Below, one piece after another: positions 1 through 7,606 of a stretch of 46,337 nucleotides of DNA. The stretch's first letter is position 1. Every line of letters begins with the position of its first letter. A program made the translations under genes and the position numbers. Source of the DNA: Candidatus Heimdallarchaeota archaeon (GTDB lineage Archaea; Asgardarchaeota; Heimdallarchaeia; Heimdallarchaeales; Heimdallarchaeaceae); assembly GCA_019057375.1 (NCBI GenBank), contig DXJF01000069.1:1-46337 (forward strand), in the 5' to 3' direction. A model generated the notes under the pieces. It worked only from the letters and a program-made list of their open reading frames with translations. It did not search any database and was not told where the DNA came from.

Positions 1-501
1 ACAAATTTTGAAGGAAAATTTTGGAAATTAGAAAATAATAGAAACTATCCAAAACCAATCCAAAAACCTCATCCACAGATTGTTTTAGGCACTACTGGTA
101 GAAGAATGACTGAAATCGCTTGTAGGGAAGCAGATGGAATAAATCTACCATATGTTAAAAAGGATGATTTACCTAAGACAATTAATAATATTCACAAACA
201 CTTGGAGAAATTTAACAGAACTAATGAAAAATTTGAAATCTCTTACTTTGGTGGAATAAACCTAGTTAGTAGTCAAGAAGAAATTGACAATCTTGTAAAT
301 ACAATTATTGATAGAGCAAAAGAAGATGCAAAACCATCCCGAGAGGAAGTGTTGAAAAATCAATTTATAGGATATCCTGAAGATATCAAAGAGAAAATAA
401 AAGAGTATGAAGATCTGGGGATTAATAAGATGGTAATTGCTATAAGAAAATCTGATACCATTGAAGATCCGCTTAAGATGTTCTACGATAGAGTAATGTA
501 A
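1..501 (+). CDS. LLM-class (luciferase-like, flavin/F420-dependent) oxidoreductase, 5'-truncated by window edge
   Basis: Frame +1 is open from base 1 and reads TNFEGKFWKLENNRNYPKPIQKPHPQIVLGTTGRRMTEIACREADG, matching the typical LLM segment F.G.(F/Y)..L......PKP.Q.PHP.I..G.......A...ADG. The ORF track started it at an internal Met (106). Confidence 0.8.
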   Translation, partial: TNFEGKFWKLENNRNYPKPIQKPHPQIVLGTTGRRMTEIACREADGINLPYVKKDDLPKTINNIHKHLEKFNRTNEKFEISYFGGINLVSSQEEIDNLVNTIIDRAKEDAKPSREEVLKNQFIGYPEDIKEKIKEYEDLGINKMVIAIRKSDTIEDPLKMFYDRVM

Positions 502-506
502 GAGGA

Positions 507-755
507 ATGAAAATGTATTCGAGTATATTAACACGTTTAAGAATAATAATCGCTGAAATGGCAGATGTAAGAAGTCATGTTGTTACAACAAATACTTACT
601 TTCAAGATGACTTAAACCTCAGTAATAATGATTTAAAAGAACTTGGTATAAGAATCGAAGATGAATTCGACATTAAATTACCTAAAAAAGTTTTCAAGGA
701 ATTTAACACCGTTGGAGAAATTGTTGGTCTTATTGAAGCAGAAAGGGGAAGATAA
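507..755 (+). CDS. Acyl-carrier-protein-like protein (non-canonical phosphopantetheine motif)
   Basis: 82 aa; F.DDL....D..EL...IEDEFDIKLP.......TVGEIV aligns with the ACP fold. GAGGA precedes the ATG. The position of the DSL motif reads SNN. Confidence 0.75.
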   Translation: MKMYSSILTRLRIIIAEMADVRSHVVTTNTYFQDDLNLSNNDLKELGIRIEDEFDIKLPKKVFKEFNTVGEIVGLIEAERGR

Positions 756-780
756 ATAAAAAATAGATATGGAGAAGGAT

Positions 781-2055
781 TTAAAGTACTTTTTCTCCTT
801 CTTCTAAACTTAACATTGTAAAACCGCTTATCATCTTAGGATAGAAGTCAGTGGCTTTCTGAGGCATTCTTTCATGGTTTTTAGAAACTTTTAGAACTTC
901 ATCAGCAGAAGTTGGATTAAGAATAAAAGCTACCTTGTAAGTACCTTTGTCGACCTCTTCAACAGCTTCATTCCACCATCTTTCATAGAAAATGTCATCA
1001 TCGATGTGAAGTTCTTCAAGACCCATGATTCCATGGAATATCATATCTCTCAGAATGACTACATCGAGGTTTTTGTATTCCTCACTTACATCGCTGACAT
1101 ATCTATTAATTGCAGAAATGTCTTTCATTATCAAGGAAATAGCTCTACTATCCTGATACATAATAAAGGCATGTTTATCCTCATTCTCTTCAAGGAATTT
1201 AGGAATTTCAGATCTCATTATTTCATCCATGTCAAAGAAAATCTTGAGTTCATTCATTTTTTCTTCAGAAACAGAAACTTTAGCTAAGCATCGATGAGTT
1301 GCTAAGATGACTAATCCTTCATCCTCGACAGGTACTAAATAAGTCATGCGAAATTCAGGGGCAGCATTTTCATTCCTAACACCAGCTTTCTCTCTGCGCA
1401 TATCTCGATAGGTGATAGCTGTTTCATAACGATGGTGTCCGTCGGCAATTACTAATTGTTGTTCAGCAAACATATCTTGAATTATCTTGATTTGCACAGG
1501 ATTAGAAATTTTCCAGATTCTATTTAAAACCCCTAGATCATCTTTAGCTTTTATTAGAGGTTCTTCTTTTGCAATTTCATCAAACAGATTGATTGTCTTC
1601 TTCTCTGGATCTGAATAAAGTATAAAACCAGTTTCTAAGGTATGTTTGGTTGTCTTCAACATATTCAATCTATCGATTTTTGGTCCACTATGTGTTTTTT
1701 CATGAGGTAGAACAATATTCTCTTTGAAAGGATGGAGTCTTAGTGCTCCTATGAATCCTTTTCTGATATATTGCTTTCCAAATAATTCATATTCTTGATA
1801 ATAAACATAAATTCCAGGAACTTCATCTTTTTCCAATATTCCTTCAGCTAACCATTGTTCTAACCTTTGTCTTGCAATTTCATACCTGTTTTCTTCAATT
1901 GGTAAGGTTAATCTGCAATAGTTATATTCTGATTGAGCGTAATAAGCTTCTTGCATTTCTGCATCAATTTTATCATAAGGCTGGACTATTAGCTTTTCGA
2001 TGTCTCCAGCTTTTTCAGTATATCTTATAGCTTTGAATGGTTTAATGTCTACCAT
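781..2055 (-). CDS. DUF1015 family protein (ParB/Srx-like fold)
   Basis: N-terminal I.PFKAIRY, HEKT....K.DRL, IADGHHRYETA and C-terminal MPQK.T.FYPK..SG motifs. ATG at 2055 preferred over TTG at 2064. Confidence 0.9.
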   Translation of the reverse strand: MVDIKPFKAIRYTEKAGDIEKLIVQPYDKIDAEMQEAYYAQSEYNYCRLTLPIEENRYEIARQRLEQWLAEGILEKDEVPGIYVYYQEYELFGKQYIRKGFIGALRLHPFKENIVLPHEKTHSGPKIDRLNMLKTTKHTLETGFILYSDPEKKTINLFDEIAKEEPLIKAKDDLGVLNRIWKISNPVQIKIIQDMFAEQQLVIADGHHRYETAITYRDMRREKAGVRNENAAPEFRMTYLVPVEDEGLVILATHRCLAKVSVSEEKMNELKIFFDMDEIMRSEIPKFLEENEDKHAFIMYQDSRAISLIMKDISAINRYVSDVSEEYKNLDVVILRDMIFHGIMGLEELHIDDDIFYERWWNEAVEEVDKGTYKVAFILNPTSADEVLKVSKNHERMPQKATDFYPKMISGFTMLSLEEGEKVL

Positions 2056-2161
2056 TGTAATCAAACTAGCTCTTCAAGAAATCTATTTTAATTTTGTTAT
2101 TAGAATATAGAATTAATGGATTGTATTTATAGAGAGTTTAGAATATAATCACCAAAGAAGA

Positions 2162-2207
2162 ATGATATACCATTCCAACACGATATATCTTACACAAGAT
2201 ATATCTT
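2162..2207. promoter_or_regulatory. Three tandem GATATA(T/C)C palindromic boxes in the DUF1015/actin divergent intergenic region
   Basis: atgatataccat (2162-2173), acgatatatctt (2180-2191) and the perfect palindrome aagatatatctt (2196-2207), just upstream of TATA-like tttattaaat (~2217-2226). Confidence 0.5.
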
Positions 2208-2302
2208 CAATAATGTTTATTAAATTTGAAATAATATTCTTGCATTAGAAGAAGGCGATTAAAATTAAACCAAAATCAAAACCCAAACACTGTGGTAAAA
2301 CC

Positions 2303-3718
2303 ATGCATCGGCTTTACATCAGAAAAGGTACAAAAAAAAGAACATGGATAGCAGTTGGGTATTATTGTGATGAGTGTTCTAAGACTTTGAAAGGAAATGA
2401 TTTAATGAAAACAGGAGGTTTACAAAATCTACCTGAGGATTTAATAGAACTGAAGGACAGAGTTACTAATCCTAAGACTATCGTATTAGATCCAGGTTAT
2501 TCTTTAACCAAAGTTGGATTTACAGGAGAAAAAGAACCTAGATTCATTTTCGATTCAGCAGTCTATTTTACAGATACTGAAGATTCCTTTATTCAAAATG
2601 CAAATAAAATTGAAACAAAAACTAGAGTAAAAAAGACTAGCAACTTATTTCGTAAACTGAAAAATAGTGAAGTACTTGATCAAGAAGTGTTTGATATATT
2701 TCTTGCACATATTTTCGAGAAATTAAAAATTAAGTCTTCAGAAACAGCTGTATGGGTTGTTGAAAAATATTACAATGCCAGATTTTCAGATTACTTAAAA
2801 GGCAGATTGGATGTCATCAATAATAATTCTTTACCGGAGAAAGCTAAAGATTTTCTTAGAAAGGAGAAAATGGTTGAGTTTATCAACGGGTTTGAAACTG
2901 CATTCTCTATTAGACGAGCTATGTCAGAAGTGTTTTTTAATAGATTTAATATTCCTAAAGTATATTTCTCATTAGGTGAACTCCTCTCACTCTATGCAGA
3001 TGAACGAGTTACAGGAGTTGTAGTGGGAATAGGAGCAAGTTCAACTAGAATAATTCCCATCTATGAAGGTTTCATTATATCTCACGGAGTCAGCATACGT
3101 GAGAAAGCTGGGCAAGATGTTGTCAAACAACTTGAAAAATATGTACAAAAAGAGGGTGGAGATATACCAAAAACCCCTCATGAAAAGAGTCAGATACTAA
3201 AGAATATTCGATTAGTATCTGAAGAATTATGTTATATTTCACAAAACATCAAAGAAGAAAGTCAGAAGTGGACTCAATCAGATAAATATATCAAATCCAT
3301 AAATATTATTAACGATAAACACGTCAAATTGGATGAAATCAGATATCTCGCACCAGAAATTCTGTTTGAAGAAGAGCCACTGAGTATCTTGAATAATCCA
3401 GGAGACTTAGCTGATGCTGTTATTGAATCTATTCAGAAGTGTGATAAAGGATTAGCTAAAAGTCTATATGCCAACATATTGCTAGTAGGGGGAGGTTCGA
3501 TGTTTGAAGGTTTTAAGGAAAGGTTCACTAAATCTTTTAAATCAAAAGTTTCAGATCACTTGATTTTCAATATAACTGCAAAGTCTGATAGACTTATTTC
3601 AGGTTGGATTGGTGGATCAATACTTTCTGGTATGAAACTTTTTGAAGAACGCAACTTCTGGGTTTCTAAAGCTGAATACGATGAGAAGGGATCAAAAGCT
3701 GTTGATAGATGCATTTAA
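2303..3718 (+). CDS. Divergent actin-family protein (Asgard actin-related protein) with N-terminal Cys/His ribbon
   Basis: Phosphate-1 VLDPGYSLTKVGFTGEKEPR; FNIPKVY..L...LSLYA...TGVVV.IG..ST.IIPIYEG; RYLAPEILF; IQKCDKGLAKSLYANILLVGGGSMFEG; WIGGSILS and WVSKAEYDEKG..AV.RC are all collinear with eukaryotic actin. The true start may lie upstream (see findings). Confidence 0.92.
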   Translation: MHRLYIRKGTKKRTWIAVGYYCDECSKTLKGNDLMKTGGLQNLPEDLIELKDRVTNPKTIVLDPGYSLTKVGFTGEKEPRFIFDSAVYFTDTEDSFIQNANKIETKTRVKKTSNLFRKLKNSEVLDQEVFDIFLAHIFEKLKIKSSETAVWVVEKYYNARFSDYLKGRLDVINNNSLPEKAKDFLRKEKMVEFINGFETAFSIRRAMSEVFFNRFNIPKVYFSLGELLSLYADERVTGVVVGIGASSTRIIPIYEGFIISHGVSIREKAGQDVVKQLEKYVQKEGGDIPKTPHEKSQILKNIRLVSEELCYISQNIKEESQKWTQSDKYIKSINIINDKHVKLDEIRYLAPEILFEEEPLSILNNPGDLADAVIESIQKCDKGLAKSLYANILLVGGGSMFEGFKERFTKSFKSKVSDHLIFNITAKSDRLISGWIGGSILSGMKLFEERNFWVSKAEYDEKGSKAVDRCI

Positions 3719-3728
3719 TTTGCGAGAT

Positions 3729-4781
3729 TTACTTAATACCCCATATTTCCTTGGTTTTTTGTTCTAATTTCTCCAATTCTTTTAAAGATGGCTTTTTCTT
3801 TCCTTCTTCAAATTCATGAACTTCATCTAGAACATATTTATTGAGAGGAGTTGGAACATTATATTTTTCCCCTTGTTCAACTAAGTAACCATTAAGAAAA
3901 TCGATTTCAGTTCGTCTCCCAGCTTCAATCGACTGTAAGCTGGATGATTTAAGGTCCTTATATTTCCTTCCAATAATCTTGATTATAATTTGTTTATAGA
4001 AATACTTGAAAGAAAAACCATGAAGTTCTTTTTTTGTCAATGCTAGTGAATAAATATTCAAGTTATTTAATTTCTGTAACTGCACACCTTTAGCTTCAGC
4101 TACTTTCACTCCTTCAGTCATTACTGTTAAAAATGCGATTCTAGTGAATTTTCTTGCTAACATTTCACCGAGCATCAATCCACTTATTACTCCAAATGAA
4201 GCAACTGATACATTAATCAGTAGTTTAGTGAATTTTTCGTTAGTAATATTGTCTGAATACGATGTTGGAACAGTTTTTGACAGTAATTCCACAAGTTTAG
4301 CATCTATTTCTTGCTTCGGCCCCTTTTTTCTTCCAATTACCATCTCACCAAGGGAAGTTTTTATCGCTTCTGCATGCCCACTTCTTGTTGCACCAAAACT
4401 TACAACGCAACCTAACAAATTTTTACCATCAATTAGTTCCTCTAGTTTCTCTTCATACATACCATTTGTCATAGTAATTAGAGTGCAATCTTTGCTAAGT
4501 TTACCCTTAATTCTGTCAAAGGCATCTTGAATCTCAGTTAATTTTGTAACCAAGAAAACAATATCAAGTTCTTCAGGTAAATCCTCTATAGTAAGTACAG
4601 GCGTTAAATTATCTTTAACAATATATTCTCCACTTACACCAGTTACCTTCAACCCTCTTTTCTCAATCAAATCAAGAGTTTCTTGATGTTTACATACAAC
4701 ATAAAGAGGAAAATCATTTTGAGCTAAATCGGCAGCAATAACTGTTCCAATTGCACCCAAACCAACTAGCGCAGCTTTCAT
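3729..4781 (-). CDS. panE: 2-dehydropantoate 2-reductase (ketopantoate reductase) family
   Basis: Rossmann G.GAIG, the NG motif (MTNGM), K...N and SS.LQ.IEAGRRTEIDFLNG motifs. Confidence 0.85.
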   Translation of the reverse strand: MKAALVGLGAIGTVIAADLAQNDFPLYVVCKHQETLDLIEKRGLKVTGVSGEYIVKDNLTPVLTIEDLPEELDIVFLVTKLTEIQDAFDRIKGKLSKDCTLITMTNGMYEEKLEELIDGKNLLGCVVSFGATRSGHAEAIKTSLGEMVIGRKKGPKQEIDAKLVELLSKTVPTSYSDNITNEKFTKLLINVSVASFGVISGLMLGEMLARKFTRIAFLTVMTEGVKVAEAKGVQLQKLNNLNIYSLALTKKELHGFSFKYFYKQIIIKIIGRKYKDLKSSSLQSIEAGRRTEIDFLNGYLVEQGEKYNVPTPLNKYVLDEVHEFEEGKKKPSLKELEKLEQKTKEIWGIK

Positions 4782-4841
4782 GATATTCAATAAACTAGCT
4801 ATATTTTAAAATTTTCTAAAAAATAAGAAAAAAGAGTAGGG

Positions 4842-5765
4842 TTAAAGTTCTTTAAAAGATTCAATAACTCTCTCTGCTGCTTGAATGCTTGCTCTGTAGT
4901 TTCCTTCTTTTGTTTGAGCACCTATATGAGGGCTGATTATAACATTGTCATGATGTAGAAGAGGATTATCAGGTTCAGGAGGTTCTTGTTCAAAGACATC
5001 GGTACAATAATATCCAAGTTGTTCAGATTCAAGTGCTTCATGTGCTGCAGCTTCATCAACAATTCCACCTCTAGCACAATTAACAATTACTGAACCTTTC
5101 TTCATCATCGATAATTGTTCTTTTCCAATCATGTGTTTAGTTTCTTTAGTCAATGGAAGATGTAAGCTAATGTAATCTGCTTCTTTAAGTACTTCATCCA
5201 TGGAAGACTTCATCTCAACAACAGGATTTTCAGGTACAAATGCATCATAACCTATTGCATTCAAACCTAAAGCCTTACATTTTACAGCTAAAGCAGTCCC
5301 GATTCTACCTGTTCCGATCAAACCTAATGTTTTACCATCAATTTCCCTGGAAAAAAGTTCTTTCTTCATTGATTTGAATGATCCGGGATCAGCTTTAATC
5401 TGACAAGTCCCTTTAACGACGTCTCTAGTCGATGCAAGTATCATTGTCAAAGCTAATTCAGCAACAGAATTTGTGGTTGCGGCTGGAGTATTCACTACTT
5501 TGATACCTCTTGCCATAGTAACTTCAAGATCTATATTATCGAGACCCACTCCAGCTCGTCCTATAACCTTAAGGTTAACAGCTTTTTCTAGGAGCTCTCC
5601 TCGAATTTTTGTAGCTGATCTTACTATTATGGCATCATACTCCCCAACTATTTTGGGGAGTTCTTCTTTTGGAATATCCCATCCAACTTTCACTTCAAAT
5701 CCTGCATTTTCAAGTACTTCTATTATTTTTTCATTTAATTTGTCAGATAATAATACTTTTGGCAT
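4842..5765 (-). CDS. serA: D-3-phosphoglycerate / D-2-hydroxyacid dehydrogenase (SerA-like, no ACT domain)
   Basis: VRSATK, GRAGVGLDNID, VNTP.A.T.SVAE, G.IG.GRIG, SLHLPL, NCARGGIVDE, SPHIGAQT. A GGTGA RBS overlapping the upstream stop codon places the ATG at 5765. Confidence 0.8.
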   Translation of the reverse strand: MPKVLLSDKLNEKIIEVLENAGFEVKVGWDIPKEELPKIVGEYDAIIVRSATKIRGELLEKAVNLKVIGRAGVGLDNIDLEVTMARGIKVVNTPAATTNSVAELALTMILASTRDVVKGTCQIKADPGSFKSMKKELFSREIDGKTLGLIGTGRIGTALAVKCKALGLNAIGYDAFVPENPVVEMKSSMDEVLKEADYISLHLPLTKETKHMIGKEQLSMMKKGSVIVNCARGGIVDEAAAHEALESEQLGYYCTDVFEQEPPEPDNPLLHHDNVIISPHIGAQTKEGNYRASIQAAERVIESFKEL

Positions 5766-5774
5766 TTTTTTCAC

Positions 5775-6854
5775 CTATAGATTCCATACTTCTTCAATTG
5801 CTGCTAAAAGTTCCTTCAATCCATCTAGGGTATGATCTCCCATGTGTCCTATTCTAAAGGTCAAACCTTTAAGTTTACCATAGCCATTGGCAACAACAAG
5901 ATTCTTCTCAGCTAAACCTTTGTTAAGCTCTCCAACATCTTTCTCTAGTTTATTTTCCACAGTAGTTACTGTTACAGATCTATAACCATCTTCAGCAAAA
6001 AGACCAAAACCATGTTTTAGAGCCCATTCATGTGTATAGTCAGCCATTTCTTTATGTCGTTTGAAGATATTTTCTGCTCCTTCTGCTAACATCTGTTTAA
6101 GCTTGTAATCTAAAGCGAATAGTAAAGAGATATTTGGAGTTGAAGGTGTCTGTTTCTTCTTTTCATAATAGCCTAGGATTTTTTCTAGATTTATGTACAA
6201 TCCTTTCGAAGGAACTTCTTTTGCTCTGTCTAAAGCTTTTTGTGAGACGATTCCAATTGCAAGACCAGCAGGCAATGCAAAACACTTCTGGGTTGATGCA
6301 AAAACCAGATCTGTACCCCATTCATCAGGAAGTAGCATATCGCCACCCATTGCTGAAACTGCATCGACAACCAATAAAGTATCAGGATAGTTTTTAAGTA
6401 AATTCCCAATTGCTTTGAGATCAGCTTTAACTCCTGTACTGGTTTCATTGTAACAGATAGTCACAACCTCATAGTCTGATGTATCAAGTCTTTCTTTTAT
6501 CATCTCTACAGTAATTGCCTTTCCCCACTCAACTTCTAGTTTTGATGCGATTCTTCCGCTGTCAACGATTGCTTCATACATTCTCCCTGAAAAGGAACCA
6601 TTCACACAACAAAGTGCCTTTCCTACAGGAGTAATCAAGTTTCTTGCAGTTATATCCATGAACAATGTTCCGGATGCAGTCAAAACCAAAACATGCTGTT
6701 CTGTTTTGAAAAATTCTCGTAATTGTGTTAGAACACTATCGTAAAGAAGTGTAAAATCATTACTTCTATGACCAAACAAGGGTTTAGCTTGTTCTTTTAG
6801 AACATCCTCTTTTACCTCTGTTGGACCTGGTATCCATAATTTTTTGTGCATCAT
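5775..6854 (-). CDS. Class V PLP aminotransferase (AGAT/serine-pyruvate or archaeal phosphoserine aminotransferase type)
   Basis: LWIPGPTEV, NETSTGV, VDAVSAMGG, STQK (PLP lysine) CFALPAGL, TP.TP, FRIGHMG; AGGTGAT RBS. Confidence 0.88.
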   Translation of the reverse strand: MMHKKLWIPGPTEVKEDVLKEQAKPLFGHRSNDFTLLYDSVLTQLREFFKTEQHVLVLTASGTLFMDITARNLITPVGKALCCVNGSFSGRMYEAIVDSGRIASKLEVEWGKAITVEMIKERLDTSDYEVVTICYNETSTGVKADLKAIGNLLKNYPDTLLVVDAVSAMGGDMLLPDEWGTDLVFASTQKCFALPAGLAIGIVSQKALDRAKEVPSKGLYINLEKILGYYEKKKQTPSTPNISLLFALDYKLKQMLAEGAENIFKRHKEMADYTHEWALKHGFGLFAEDGYRSVTVTTVENKLEKDVGELNKGLAEKNLVVANGYGKLKGLTFRIGHMGDHTLDGLKELLAAIEEVWNL

Positions 6855-6918
6855 ATCACCTTATTTATTACGTATTATTGAAAACACTATATAGAAAAAG
6901 GTTATTGTCAATAGATGA

Positions 6919-7428
6919 CTAATCTTCAGATGAGGAAATTCTGTATAGAAGTTGTTCAATTGGTCCTTTATCTATTTTTACTGGAAGCTCATACCCACTA
7001 GAACGATTGTTTAACCACAATTTGATTCCAGAGTAAGACAATGAACTTAATTGCAAAGATACTGTAAATATGAGAGAGAAGAAGAGAACATCTTGGGGAG
7101 CGACTTTGAAGAACAAAAGAATTATCGATATTGGAATTATAAGAATGCAAATTGAAGCCATTGGCAATCCTAGAAAAAGATATACTGACTCATTCCAGAT
7201 TTGGAGTAACACAACTCCTCCGCTTTCTCTTAGAATTGAGATGAAAACAACCATAAAGAGAAGAATGGCGGCAATTGACAACAGAACAACTGCAAAGGCA
7301 ATTAACCAGACATTGTGAATAAAAGAATTAACAATTATCAGCAATAAACCAACAATTAAGAAGAAAAAACCAACAAATACACCTTCACTGTAAACATTCT
7401 CCTCATTGTTTTTCAAAGCTGAAATCAT
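6919..7428 (-). CDS. Hypothetical membrane protein (about 4 TM)
   Basis: 169-aa ORF with four hydrophobic stretches; fills the gap and has normal composition. Confidence 0.65.
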   Translation of the reverse strand: MISALKNNEENVYSEGVFVGFFFLIVGLLLIIVNSFIHNVWLIAFAVVLLSIAAILLFMVVFISILRESGGVVLLQIWNESVYLFLGLPMASICILIIPISIILLFFKVAPQDVLFFSLIFTVSLQLSSLSYSGIKLWLNNRSSGYELPVKIDKGPIEQLLYRISSSED

Positions 7429-7606
7429 TATGATAGTTTCTCATTATCTTCTATAAATTTTTTTCAAGAACAAATTAGCTTGAGAAGAGAAACTACAAAA
7501 GTATTACAGCTTTATATAAAGTTTCTAAAAAGCAAAAGGAAAACCCTTAAAATACCATAATTCGTCAATTAGAAGCCCTTAAACTTGAAAATCACTTTAG
7601 ATTATT

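Noticed and set aside
2063-4800. 9-bp direct repeat aaactagct (2063-2071 and 4792-4800) flanking actin plus panE, suggesting an insertion with target-site duplication
   Set aside because: The same 9-mer also occurs inside coding regions at about 11371 and 16295, and no transposase or terminal repeats are present, so chance is sufficient.
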